Below are positions 1 through 8,390 of a DNA stretch of 32,000 nucleotides, in pieces. This DNA is from Mucisphaera calidilacus (GTDB lineage: Bacteria > Planctomycetota > Phycisphaerae > Phycisphaerales > Phycisphaeraceae). Positions within the stretch are counted from its first letter, which is position 1, and every line of letters begins with the position of its first letter. A program made the position numbers and the translations under genes. The stretch is from positions 1,020,001 to 1,052,000 of the forward strand of contig NZ_CP036280.1 in NCBI RefSeq assembly GCF_007748075.1, in the 5' to 3' direction. The notes below the pieces were generated by a model. The model was not told the origin of the DNA, searched no databases, and worked only from the letters and a program-made list of their open reading frames with translations.

Positions 1-1
1 C

Positions 2-1600
2 GCCGCCACGGGATCGCTCGGGCAGGGCCTGTCGGTGGCGGCGGGTCTGGCGGCCGCGGCGAAGATCGACGCACTGGACAAGCGCGTGTTCTGCATCATC
101 GGCGACGGCGAGTCGCGCGAGGGACAGATCTGGGAGGCCGTTGACTTCATCAAGGACCACGAGCTCAAGGCGGTGCTGCCGATCTTCAACTGCAACGTCT
201 ACGCGCAGTCGGACGTGGTCAGTCCCCAGCAGACACCCGAGACGACCGCCAAGAAGCTGGAGGCCGCGGGGTACAAGGCGCTGGTGATTGACGGGCATCG
301 CCCCGGCGAGATCCAGGCGGCCCTGAACGAGCACGCCGAAACCATGAGCAACCCCAACGCCCAGCCGATCGCGATCGTCGCCAAAACGGTCAAGGGCTGG
401 GGCAGCGCGTCCCAGCAGGGAGACGGCCACCACGGCAAGCCGGCCAGCGGCGACGGGATGGCTCAGGCCCTGGAAGAACTGACCGCGACGCTCAACGACC
501 TCGGGGCGATGGCCGACACGAAGCTCAGCATCAAGCTCATGAGCCCGCGGAACGCGGAGACGCGCGATGCGATAGCGGCTCCGAGCATGGACGAGGCCCT
601 CAAGGGCTTCGGCATGGAGGACGTGCTGAGCAAGGGAAAACTCGCCACGCGTCGGGCTTACGGCGTCGCGCTACGTGCTCTGGGCCAGGCGCGTGCGGAC
701 GTGGTGGCACTGGACGCCGATGTGAAGAACTCGACGTTCGCCGAGATGTTCTCGAAGGACGAGTCGCTGGCGTCGCGTTTCCTCGAGTGCCGCATCGCGG
801 AGCAGAACATGTTCTCGGTGGCCGCGGGCCTGTCCGCGGCGGGCAAGACGGCCTACACCTCCACCTTCGCGAAGTTTGTCGCCCGCGGTTACGACCAGAT
901 CGAGATGGCGATCAACTCGGGCGCGAACTTCAAAGTGGTGGGGTCGCACGCGGGCATCTCGCTGGCGGCGGACGGCCCGAGCCAGATGTCGCTGCCCGAC
1001 ATCGCGTGGTTCCGTTCCTTTGCGACGATGACCCGGCCGAACGGCCTGCCCGGCTGCTACGTGCTCCAGCCGTCGTGTGCCTATCAGGCCTACGCGCTGA
1101 CGATGGCGATGGCCGATTTCGACGGCGTCTGCTACATGCGCACGCTCCGGCCGGACATGGAGTTCCTCTACTCGGCCAACGACACCTTCACGCTCGGCGG
1201 CCACGAGGTGCTCTCGCAGGGCCGCGACCTGCTGATCGTCGCCACGGGCTACATGGTGCACCAGGCCAACAAGGCGCTCGAAGAACTGGACAAGCAGGGC
1301 ATCGACGCAACGCTGGTCGACCTCTACTCGATCCCGTTCGACAGCGACGCGATCCTGGACCTCGCGAACGCGAACAACGGGAACATCCTGACGCTGGAAG
1401 ACAACTACGGCGCCGGTGCCGGCTCCGCGATCGCCGACGCCGCGTCGGCCGACGGCGGTGGCTTCACCGTGCAGCAGATGCACGTGCGCAACCTCCCCAA
1501 GTCGGGACGGACGACGGAGGACGTCATGGCCTATTGCGGCCTGAGCGTGAACGACATCGTCAAGGGTGCCATGAGCATGCTCGAACTCTCAACCGCATGA
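2..1600 (+). CDS. tkt: Transketolase, 5' end cut by window edge
   Basis: The frame is open from base 2 and reads AATGSLGQGLSVAAGLAAAAK, then IIGDGESREGQIWEA (ThDP GDG motif). Later come ECRIAEQNM and GSHAGISLAADGPSQMSLPDIA, typical of the transketolase pyrimidine-binding domain. Stop TGA at 1598-1600. The GTG at 35 in the ORF track is internal. Confidence 0.85.
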   Translation, partial: AATGSLGQGLSVAAGLAAAAKIDALDKRVFCIIGDGESREGQIWEAVDFIKDHELKAVLPIFNCNVYAQSDVVSPQQTPETTAKKLEAAGYKALVIDGHRPGEIQAALNEHAETMSNPNAQPIAIVAKTVKGWGSASQQGDGHHGKPASGDGMAQALEELTATLNDLGAMADTKLSIKLMSPRNAETRDAIAAPSMDEALKGFGMEDVLSKGKLATRRAYGVALRALGQARADVVALDADVKNSTFAEMFSKDESLASRFLECRIAEQNMFSVAAGLSAAGKTAYTSTFAKFVARGYDQIEMAINSGANFKVVGSHAGISLAADGPSQMSLPDIAWFRSFATMTRPNGLPGCYVLQPSCAYQAYALTMAMADFDGVCYMRTLRPDMEFLYSANDTFTLGGHEVLSQGRDLLIVATGYMVHQANKALEELDKQGIDATLVDLYSIPFDSDAILDLANANNGNILTLEDNYGAGAGSAIADAASADGGGFTVQQMHVRNLPKSGRTTEDVMAYCGLSVNDIVKGAMSMLELSTA

Positions 1601-1754
1601 CCTGGTCCGGCTCAGGTCCAGATAACAGGGGATGCGCTGCGGCTCTCCGCGCCACGCGCAACGCGTTCTGTGCTGACACGGTCAGGCCGGACGCGATCGC
1701 CTGCTGTCACTCGGGTGCCGTGTGGCGGTCTGGGGATTGGAGTAGAGTTTTGGG

Positions 1755-2342
1755 ATGATGGCTTCGGTGTCGGACGAGCTGGTGTCGCTGATCGAGCGTG
1801 GTGGTGTGGTCATGTGGCCGCTGCTTGGGCTGAGCGTGCTGGCACTGGCGATGGTCCTGGAGCGGCTCTGGTTCTTGTTTCGTGCCGCTGGCCCCGGGTC
1901 GCGTGCCGAGTATGAGGTGCTGGTGGGGAATCCCGAAGCGGACGTCCGAGGCGGGTCGATCTACGCGATGACGGTGTCCGGGCTGCGGGGGGCGCGGACA
2001 GGCTCGGAGGCACGGGCCGTCATGTCGTCGAGTTATGGGCGGCTCGAGCGCTTCATCCCCGCGTTATCGACCATCATCACGGTCGCACCGATGCTGGGGA
2101 TCCTGGGCACGGTGCTGGGTATCATCGAAAGCTTCGAATTGCTGACCGGCTCGGGAGAAACACTCGACCCCACGGATGTGGGTGCGGGGATCGCGGAGGC
2201 CTTGATCACGACAGCGACGGGGCTGACGGTGGCGATCGGGACGCTGATCGCGCAACAGGTGCTGGTGGCGTGGATCCGCGTCATCGAGGGGCGGCTGGAC
2301 GTGCTCGCAGAGCTTGGGGCGGGCGGAGCATCCGAGCGATAG
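1755..2342 (+). CDS. MotA/TolQ/ExbB-family proton channel protein
   Basis: 195 aa. N-terminal GGVVMWPLLGLSVLALAMVLERLWFL and C-terminal APMLGILGTVLGII...GIAEALITTATGL are the family's TM1 and TM2-TM3 signatures. ATG start is preceded by GGAGTAGAG. Confidence 0.8.
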   Translation: MMASVSDELVSLIERGGVVMWPLLGLSVLALAMVLERLWFLFRAAGPGSRAEYEVLVGNPEADVRGGSIYAMTVSGLRGARTGSEARAVMSSSYGRLERFIPALSTIITVAPMLGILGTVLGIIESFELLTGSGETLDPTDVGAGIAEALITTATGLTVAIGTLIAQQVLVAWIRVIEGRLDVLAELGAGGASER

Positions 2343-2549
2343 AACTCGCAGAAGCCGGTCGGGGGTAAAAAGTGGCGCCTATTCTCCCCAGATTACTGGT
2401 ACCCTCTGGTTAAACGTTTTAAAATGTCGCATCACCACGGGGATCAGGAGGCCCCATAATGCGGATCATCGGGTTCACTCGTCTGAAAGGGTGTGAAGCG
2501 TCGATTTTCTGCCTACATCACCATTTATCCTCGCGAAGGATTCTCGCTC

Positions 2550-5195
2550 ATGCTCAAAGCCAATTCAGCCAAGATTCGCCACTTCCAGGTGGAGCCGTCA
2601 CTGCCTGAGGCGTTGAAGCCTCTTATTGATATCGCCAACAACCTCTGGTGGACCTGGAACTACGACGCGGTCGAGTTGTTCGTGCGTCTGGACCAGAACC
2701 TCTGGACCCAGACCAAGCACAACCCGGTCAAGCTGCTCGGGATGGTCTCGCAGGACAAACTCGAGTCGGCGGCTCGCGACGAGGGTTTCCTCGGTCAGCT
2801 CCAGCAGGTCCATCAGCAGCTCAAGACACACGTCTCCCGGGCGCCGTGGATGCCCGATGGGCAGAAAGACCCGAACGAATACTCGATCTGCTACTTCTGC
2901 TCCGAGTTCGGCATGACCGAATCGTTGCAGATTTACTCGGGCGGCCTGGGCCTCCTGGCCGGTGATCACCTCAAGTCGGCCTCGGAGCTGGGTATCCCGC
3001 TGCTCGCGGTGGGGCTGCTCTATCGCTACGGCTACTTCCAGCAGTACCTCAGCTCAGACGGCTGGCAGCAGGAAACCGACCCGAAGCTGGACTTCTCGCA
3101 GCTGCCCGTGCATCAGGTCAAGGACGCGAGCGGCGAACAGGTGAAGGTCTCGGTCCGCCTGCCCGGCCGTGACGTCAAGATCGCGCTGTGGAAAGTGAAG
3201 GTCGGCAAGGTCGATCTCTACCTGCTGGACACCAACCTGCCCGAGAACAACACCGAAGACCGCACGATCACCGGCCAGCTCTACGGCGGCGACATGGAGA
3301 TGCGCATCAAGCAGGAGATCGTGCTTGGCATCGGCGGTGTCCGTGCCCTCGAGGCGATCGGCATCCGACCGGACGTCTGCCACATGAACGAGGGGCACTC
3401 GGCCTTCCTCGGCCTCGAGCGTATCCGCCGCCTCATCGAGGACAACGACCTGGCGTTCGATGAAGCGCGTCAGGCCGCGGCCGCGTCGCACTGCTTCACG
3501 ACGCACACGCCCGTCCCCGCGGGCATCGACCGGTTCCCCCCGGAGATGATCAAACGCTACTTCAAGGACTACCACGAGAGCCTCCGCCTCGACATGGAGG
3601 GGCTGCTGGCGCTCGGCCGCGAGAACGTGGGCGACAAGGGCGAGTTCTTCTCGATGGCGGTCCTTGCGATCCGCACGGCCGACTGGTGCAACGGCGTCTC
3701 CAAGCTGCACGGCGAGGTCTCCCGCGGGATGTGGCAGAACGTCTGGCCCGACGTCCCGACCGGCGAGGTCCCCATCGGCCACGTCACCAACGGCGTGCAC
3801 GCACGCAGCTGGCTGGACCCGCAACTCGTCCGCCTCTTCGACCGCTACCTCGGCACGCCCTGGCGTGAGGATCAGGCGGACAAGGACGTGTGGAGAGGTA
3901 TCGCGGAGATCCCGGACGAGGACCTCTGGCGTGTCCACGAGGACGCCCGTCAGAAGCTCGTGGTCTGGGCCAAACGCAAGCTCCGCACCCAGATGGAGCG
4001 TCAGGGCAAGAGCCCGGAAATGATCCGCAACCACTGCGAGGCGCTGTCGGATGACGCGTTGACCGTCGGCTTCGCCCGTCGCTTCGCAACCTACAAGCGT
4101 GGTACGCTGCTCCTGCGTGACATGAAGCGCCTCGAGCGTCTGCTCGAGAGCGAGCAGCGTCCGATCCAGTTCCTCATCGCCGGCAAGGCACACCCCGCGG
4201 ACGGCGGCGGCAAGGCCCTGATCCGCGAGCTGGTGCAGTTCTCCAATGAGAGCAAGCTGGGCCACCGCATCGTCTTCCTTGAGGACTACGACATCGGCGT
4301 GGCACGCTACCTGGTGCAGGGCTGCGACATCTGGCTCAATACCCCGCGTCGCGGCATGGAAGCCTCCGGCACATCGGGCATGAAGGCGGCCATGAACGGC
4401 GTGCTGAACTGCTCGATCCTCGACGGCTGGTGGGACGAGGCTTACGAGCCCGACCTCGGCTGGGCGATCGGCCGTCGTGAGGAGTACGCGAACCCCGAGC
4501 AGGGCGATGACATCGAGAGCCGTGCACTCTATGACCTGCTGGAAAACCAGATCATCCCGCTGTTCTACCAGCGTGATGACCAGGGCATGCCCCGCGAATG
4601 GGTCGCCCGGATGAAGCAGTGCATCGGCCGGCTGGCGCCCGCCTTCAACACCAACCGCATGGTTCAGGACTACACACGCAAGTACTACCTGCCCGCGGCC
4701 CGGCGTGCCGCGACGATGGCAGCCGACGGCCTGAAGAACTCGGTCGATATGGCGCACGTCAAGCACCGCCTCCACGAGCACTGGGACGGCATCAAGATCC
4801 TGAACATCAACGCTCAGCTGGACAAGCCCCTCGAGCTTCGCCAGACACTCGACGTGACTGCTGAGATCAACCTGGCCAAGCTCGAACCGAGCGAGGTTCG
4901 GGTGCAGATCTTCGCAGGAACGATCGATAACGATGGCGACATGGTCGGCGGATCAACCATCGACATGCGTCACGAGAAGGATCTCGGCGGCGGCAAGCAC
5001 AAGTTCGTCGGCGTGATCGAACCGACCACCAGCGGCCGCTACGGATTCGCGGTCCGCGTGATCCCGGGTGCCGAGCTGCTCGACGGCTTCTGGGAGCCCG
5101 GCCTCATCTGCTGGGACGCTCCCGAGCGTCCGGTGGCCCCGGTCGTCGAGGAAAAGGTCGAAGAAAAGAAGGTCGTCGCCAGCAGCGCTTCCTGA
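2550..5195 (+). CDS. glgP: Alpha-glucan (glycogen/maltodextrin) phosphorylase, GT35 alpha-glucan family type
   Basis: YSGGLGLLAGDHLKSASELGIPLLAVGLLYRYGYFQQ, NEGHSAF, FARRFATYKR, GKAHPAD and EASGTSGMKAAMNG (PLP-lysine region) are all present. N-terminal LPEALKPLIDIANNLWWTWN is DUF3417-like. I prefer ATG 2550 over the GTG at 2493 given in the ORF track. Confidence 0.9.
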   Translation: MLKANSAKIRHFQVEPSLPEALKPLIDIANNLWWTWNYDAVELFVRLDQNLWTQTKHNPVKLLGMVSQDKLESAARDEGFLGQLQQVHQQLKTHVSRAPWMPDGQKDPNEYSICYFCSEFGMTESLQIYSGGLGLLAGDHLKSASELGIPLLAVGLLYRYGYFQQYLSSDGWQQETDPKLDFSQLPVHQVKDASGEQVKVSVRLPGRDVKIALWKVKVGKVDLYLLDTNLPENNTEDRTITGQLYGGDMEMRIKQEIVLGIGGVRALEAIGIRPDVCHMNEGHSAFLGLERIRRLIEDNDLAFDEARQAAAASHCFTTHTPVPAGIDRFPPEMIKRYFKDYHESLRLDMEGLLALGRENVGDKGEFFSMAVLAIRTADWCNGVSKLHGEVSRGMWQNVWPDVPTGEVPIGHVTNGVHARSWLDPQLVRLFDRYLGTPWREDQADKDVWRGIAEIPDEDLWRVHEDARQKLVVWAKRKLRTQMERQGKSPEMIRNHCEALSDDALTVGFARRFATYKRGTLLLRDMKRLERLLESEQRPIQFLIAGKAHPADGGGKALIRELVQFSNESKLGHRIVFLEDYDIGVARYLVQGCDIWLNTPRRGMEASGTSGMKAAMNGVLNCSILDGWWDEAYEPDLGWAIGRREEYANPEQGDDIESRALYDLLENQIIPLFYQRDDQGMPREWVARMKQCIGRLAPAFNTNRMVQDYTRKYYLPAARRAATMAADGLKNSVDMAHVKHRLHEHWDGIKILNINAQLDKPLELRQTLDVTAEINLAKLEPSEVRVQIFAGTIDNDGDMVGGSTIDMRHEKDLGGGKHKFVGVIEPTTSGRYGFAVRVIPGAELLDGFWEPGLICWDAPERPVAPVVEEKVEEKKVVASSAS

Positions 5196-5245
5196 TACGG
5201 ATCGGATAGTTGTTGAACGGAGCCGGCTTGGCCTACCCTGTGGGG

Positions 5246-5680
5246 ATGGCCGAACCGGCTCTGTTTGCTTCTCACGATGACGAACTGCTCGTGCGCGTAT
5301 ACGTGGCGCAGGGGCGGACGCTTGACGACCTGCCTTACACCGACGCTTTCGAGGCGATCGTTTCCGCGATCGCGCAGGACGCGGATCGCGTCGCCGATGA
5401 CGAGCGGGCGTCGATCCTGCATCGCTTGCTGAACCTGAGAAAGGCGGGCAAGCTGCCGAGGCTCGGCGCTGGCCACGGGCAGCGACCCAGGATCGAGCCG
5501 GAAGCGGAAGCGTTGCTCGAACGCCTGCTGCGGGAAGAGTTGGGCGAGGGGCTGGGCGGGCGTGATCGCCTGCCCTACACGGCCGGCTTCGATCGTGTGG
5601 CGGAGCGGTTCGCGGCCCAGAGCGGCCTGACGGTCGATCGGCATGATCTCTGGCGTCTGATCGCGAAGCTGGCGAAGTGA
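5246..5680 (+). CDS. Hypothetical protein with internal two-fold repeat (LPYTxxF ... LxxLxK)
   Basis: Coding-like composition, same strand and 12 nt upstream of the next gene. No family recognised. ATG 5246 preferred over TTG 5210. Repeat units LDDLPYTDAFEAIVSAI..ILHRLLNLRKAGKL and RDRLPYTAGFDRVAERF..LWRLIAKLAK. Confidence 0.5.
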   Translation: MAEPALFASHDDELLVRVYVAQGRTLDDLPYTDAFEAIVSAIAQDADRVADDERASILHRLLNLRKAGKLPRLGAGHGQRPRIEPEAEALLERLLREELGEGLGGRDRLPYTAGFDRVAERFAAQSGLTVDRHDLWRLIAKLAK

Positions 5681-5692
5681 AGGAGACGTGGC

Positions 5693-6193
5693 GTGTTTCA
5701 CGAGAAACATTCGTGCATGAAGCAGGGCCTGAAGGCCGAGGCGGTCTTCACGCTTCGGTATTCCGAAGCCAGGTACCTCCACGTGCTGGCACAACTGGAC
5801 GAGAAGGACCTCTGGTGGCGACCCTACGAGGCGGCGAACGCGGCGGGGAACATCGTGCTGCACGCGTGCGGCAACATGCGTCAGTGGCTGATCGCGGGCC
5901 TGGGCGGAGGGCAGGACACACGCGACCGAGAGGGTGAGTTCGCGGCGCGATCCGGTCATGACGCTGCCTCGTTGTCCAGACTGCTGCAGGAGACGGTGAA
6001 CGAAGCGGTGTCCGTGATCGAGGGGATGGAGAAGGATGACTGGCTGGAAACTCGGCACGTGCAGAATTGGCCGGTGACGGGGCTGGGGGCAATGATGCAC
6101 GGCGTTGCGCACTTCGAGGGTCACGCGCAGGAAGTGATCTATATCGCGAGGCTGCGCCTTGGCGAGGCCTACCGATTTAAGGACGTCTACTAG
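5693..6193 (+). CDS. DinB-superfamily / DUF1572-like metal-dependent four-helix-bundle protein
   Basis: LHACGNMRQWL near the middle and HGVAHFEGHAQEVIYIARL near the C-terminus give the His triad pattern of the DinB fold. GTG start lies 7 nt after AAGGAG (5680-5685). Confidence 0.7.
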   Translation: MFHEKHSCMKQGLKAEAVFTLRYSEARYLHVLAQLDEKDLWWRPYEAANAAGNIVLHACGNMRQWLIAGLGGGQDTRDREGEFAARSGHDAASLSRLLQETVNEAVSVIEGMEKDDWLETRHVQNWPVTGLGAMMHGVAHFEGHAQEVIYIARLRLGEAYRFKDVY

Positions 6194-6195
6194 CG

Positions 6196-7116
6196 GTGTC
6201 GTTGGCGGAAGAACCGTTGCTGCGTCGGGTCGCGACACGCTGGCATGAGCGTGCGGGTGTGCCCGTAGGGCCGGGTGACGACATGGCGGTGATCGAGGTG
6301 GGGGGCGCTCGGCTGCTGGTGGCGGCAGACCCCGTGATCGAGGGTGTGCATTTCGAACCGGGAACGCACGAGCGTCGCGTGGCGGCGAAGGCGGTGCATC
6401 GCAACTGCTCGGACGCCGCGGCGATGGGAGCGATACCCCGGGCCACGATCATGTGCGTGATGCTGGGGCAGGGCTGCGATCAGGATGCCGCTGAGCGTCT
6501 GCTCGACGCGTTGTGTGACACGGCCGACGCAGCAGGGTGCCCGAGCGTGGGCGGGGACATCTCGGTGCACGACGGACCCACGACCGTCGCGGTGACCCTG
6601 ATCGCGGACCCGGCAGGGGCAGAGCCGGTGCTGCGTAGCAGGGCGCGAGCGGGTGACGATCTGTACGTGACGGGCGTGCTCGGCGGTTCGATGGTGGATG
6701 AGAACGGATACATCCACCACCTCGATTTTTCGCCCCGGGTCGCCGTCGGACGGGCGCTGGTGGAAGACGCTTCGCTACGACCCAACGCCATGATCGACCT
6801 CAGTGACGGGCTGGCTCGCGACCTGCCCAGAGTTCTGGAAGCCTCCGGCGGGCTGGGTGCGGAGATCGAGCTGAACCGGTTGCCGGTGCGCGAGGTCGTC
6901 GCAGGACAGGACGGCTGGCGACGGGCCATCGGAGACGGGGAGGACTACGAGCTCTTGATGAGCTGCTCCAGCGCGATGCCGGCGACGATCCGCGGCGTGA
7001 GGCTGACGCGGATTGGTCGCGTAGTCGCGGACGGTGGCCTGCGCTACCTGACCGGGGACGGCCGCTGCTTCACGGAGGCCGAGTTATCTGGGCTGGGCTG
7101 GGAGCACGGAAGGTGA
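6196..7116 (+). CDS. thiL: Thiamine-monophosphate kinase
   Basis: GPGDDMAVIEVGG..LLVAADPVIEGVHF, GGDIS, DLYVTGVLGGS, IDLSDGLARDL and GEDYELL form the AIR-synthase-related / ThiL motif series. GTG start. Confidence 0.85.
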   Translation: MSLAEEPLLRRVATRWHERAGVPVGPGDDMAVIEVGGARLLVAADPVIEGVHFEPGTHERRVAAKAVHRNCSDAAAMGAIPRATIMCVMLGQGCDQDAAERLLDALCDTADAAGCPSVGGDISVHDGPTTVAVTLIADPAGAEPVLRSRARAGDDLYVTGVLGGSMVDENGYIHHLDFSPRVAVGRALVEDASLRPNAMIDLSDGLARDLPRVLEASGGLGAEIELNRLPVREVVAGQDGWRRAIGDGEDYELLMSCSSAMPATIRGVRLTRIGRVVADGGLRYLTGDGRCFTEAELSGLGWEHGR

Positions 7117-7610
7117 GTGAGCTCCGGTCGTTGTCGTTGGAATTGGCGGATGAAGAAGCGACGCTCGAACTCGGTCGACGCCTGGGTCGCCTCGCGCCGC
7201 CGGGCCTGCTCCTCGCTCTGACAGGCGAACTGGGCGCGGGCAAGACCACACTGGTACGCGGGCTGGCGGAAGGACTTGGGCTGGACGCCGGGGTGGTGTC
7301 GAGCCCGACTTTCGTGTTCGTTCAGGAGTATCCGGTGGAGGGACATCCGGGCGTGGAGGCTTTGGTGCACATCGATGCCTACCGGCTGGACGGGCCCGCG
7401 GGACTGCCCGGGATCGGCTGGGAGGGTGACGGCGAGGAGCTGCGCCTAAACGCCGTAACGGTGGTGGAATGGGCGGATCGTGTCGCAGATGGCCTGCCGC
7501 CGGAGCGGGTGACGGTCTCGCTGCGGCACCGCGACGAAGGCCGAGAGGCCGTGATCGAGGACCCGACGGGACTCATCGAACGCCAGCGGCTAGGGTATGA
7601 GCATGGGTAA
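7113..7610 (+). CDS. tsaE: tRNA t6A37 threonylcarbamoyl-transfer ATPase subunit TsaE
   Basis: LTGELGAGKTTLVRGLAEGLG (P-loop), VSSPTFVFVQEY, HIDAYRL and VVEWAD. GTGA overlap with the thiL stop. Confidence 0.85.
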   Translation: MSELRSLSLELADEEATLELGRRLGRLAPPGLLLALTGELGAGKTTLVRGLAEGLGLDAGVVSSPTFVFVQEYPVEGHPGVEALVHIDAYRLDGPAGLPGIGWEGDGEELRLNAVTVVEWADRVADGLPPERVTVSLRHRDEGREAVIEDPTGLIERQRLGYEHG

Positions 7611-7800
7611 GAAGTCAGCCGAAGCCGAGTCGCAAGCCGCAGGAAAGTGTGCGATTTGCCGGGAACCGATCCCTGACGAACGCGTGGACATGTTCTGCAG
7701 CGATCGATGCCGAACGATTGATCTGGGGAAGTGGCTCGATGGCTCCTACACGATCAGTCGACCGATCGAGCAGCGCGATCTGGAAGAGGGCGTGGACTAG
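7597..7800 (+). CDS. yacG: YacG-type zinc-ribbon protein (DNA gyrase inhibitor family)
   Basis: CAICREPIP...FCSDRCRTIDLGKWLDGSYTI gives the four-Cys zinc ribbon plus the DLG.W tail typical of YacG. Overlaps the tsaE 3' end by 14 nt. Confidence 0.7.
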   Translation: MSMGKKSAEAESQAAGKCAICREPIPDERVDMFCSDRCRTIDLGKWLDGSYTISRPIEQRDLEEGVD

Positions 7801-8297
7801 GACGCCTCGTCCCGGTCCTGCTGAGCCGCTTCGGGCGAGATGCCCTGGATAACCAGTCGGTGCCCCACGTGCTGGAAGCCGTGTTCGTCACAGATGCGGT
7901 TGACCAGTTCACGGATCTCTTCGAGGGGGAATTCGACGATCTTCCCGCTCTCGACGCACATCAGGTGTCCGGTGGGCGGGCGTCCGATGCAGGTCTGGTA
8001 GTGCGTCTGACGCGGGTCGAGCAGCACTTCCTCGATGATCTGGCACTCGACAAGATGCTTGAGGGTTCGGTAGATGGTGGCCTTGGAGACCTTCTGGTCG
8101 GAGGAACGCATCTCGTTGAGAAGCTGTTCGGCCTCGAAGACCTCGGTTTTCGTGAGGACGGTATCGAGGATGTGGGCACGCTCGGAGGTGAATTTCAGGC
8201 CCTGGTCATGGAGAAATCGCCGGAAGATCGAGCAGACGGGGGCCAGCATGAGGGGATCGTCGCCGTCATATTGCGGATGTGAGTGGGTGGTCACCAT
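7797..8297 (-). CDS. Fur-family transcriptional regulator
   Basis: Winged-helix segment KATIYRTLKHLVECQII, then HLMCVESGKIVEF and CDEHGFQHVGHRLVIQG, match the Fur layout. Both CxxC structural-zinc pairs are degenerate (CVES, GISPE). ATG 8297 preferred; the GTG at 8336 is possible. Confidence 0.75.
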   Translation of the reverse strand: MVTTHSHPQYDGDDPLMLAPVCSIFRRFLHDQGLKFTSERAHILDTVLTKTEVFEAEQLLNEMRSSDQKVSKATIYRTLKHLVECQIIEEVLLDPRQTHYQTCIGRPPTGHLMCVESGKIVEFPLEEIRELVNRICDEHGFQHVGHRLVIQGISPEAAQQDRDEAS

Positions 8298-8390
8298 GTT
8301 TGAAGTATAGCCGGTCGCTATCCGAGGCTGATGCACACGGCGTGGCCTGCTACGCTTGTCGTCAGCACCTTTTTCAAACAGGAGTGATCG

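Noticed and set aside
1599-1618. Hairpin GACCTG-N8-CAGGTC starting within the transketolase stop codon. Similar weak hairpins occur at about 11469-11492 (AGGCTT-N12-AAGCCT, after cysE) and about 9589-9612.
   Set aside because: The stems are short (5-6 bp), the loops are large and no U-tract follows. That is not enough to call intrinsic terminators.
2343-2549. Lower-GC ~200-bp leader upstream of glgP, checked for riboswitch-like structure (including a c-di-GMP riboswitch, given the MshEN finding).
   Set aside because: I could not find conserved GEMM-type sequence blocks or a convincing multi-stem structure by eye. It is probably just a promoter / 5' UTR. A covariance-model scan (Rfam) would be needed to be sure.
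2446-2608. Perfect AGGAGG (2446-2451) 7 nt before ATG 2459, opening a 49-codon ORF that runs into the glgP start. I considered it as a leader peptide or uORF.
   Set aside because: The ORF overlaps the first ~20 codons of glgP out of frame and its product has no recognisable features. This may be a coincidental SD-like hexamer. I cannot support it as a gene without ribosome profiling or conservation data.
3054-4781. 575-aa minus-strand ORF antisense to glgP. Similar long antisense or off-frame ORFs occur at 671..1483(-), 787..1758(+), 5039..6238(-), 8394..9410(-), 14202..15173(-), 14438..15175(+), 15789..17627(-), 19156..20082(-), 19370..20194(-), 22451..23029(-), 24290..25036(-) and 29787..31028(+).
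   Set aside because: Their translations are Arg/Ala/Gly/Pro/His/Val-rich low-complexity strings with no recognisable motifs. Each lies fully inside a gene whose product has clear family signatures. Open antisense frames of this kind are expected in high-GC DNA.
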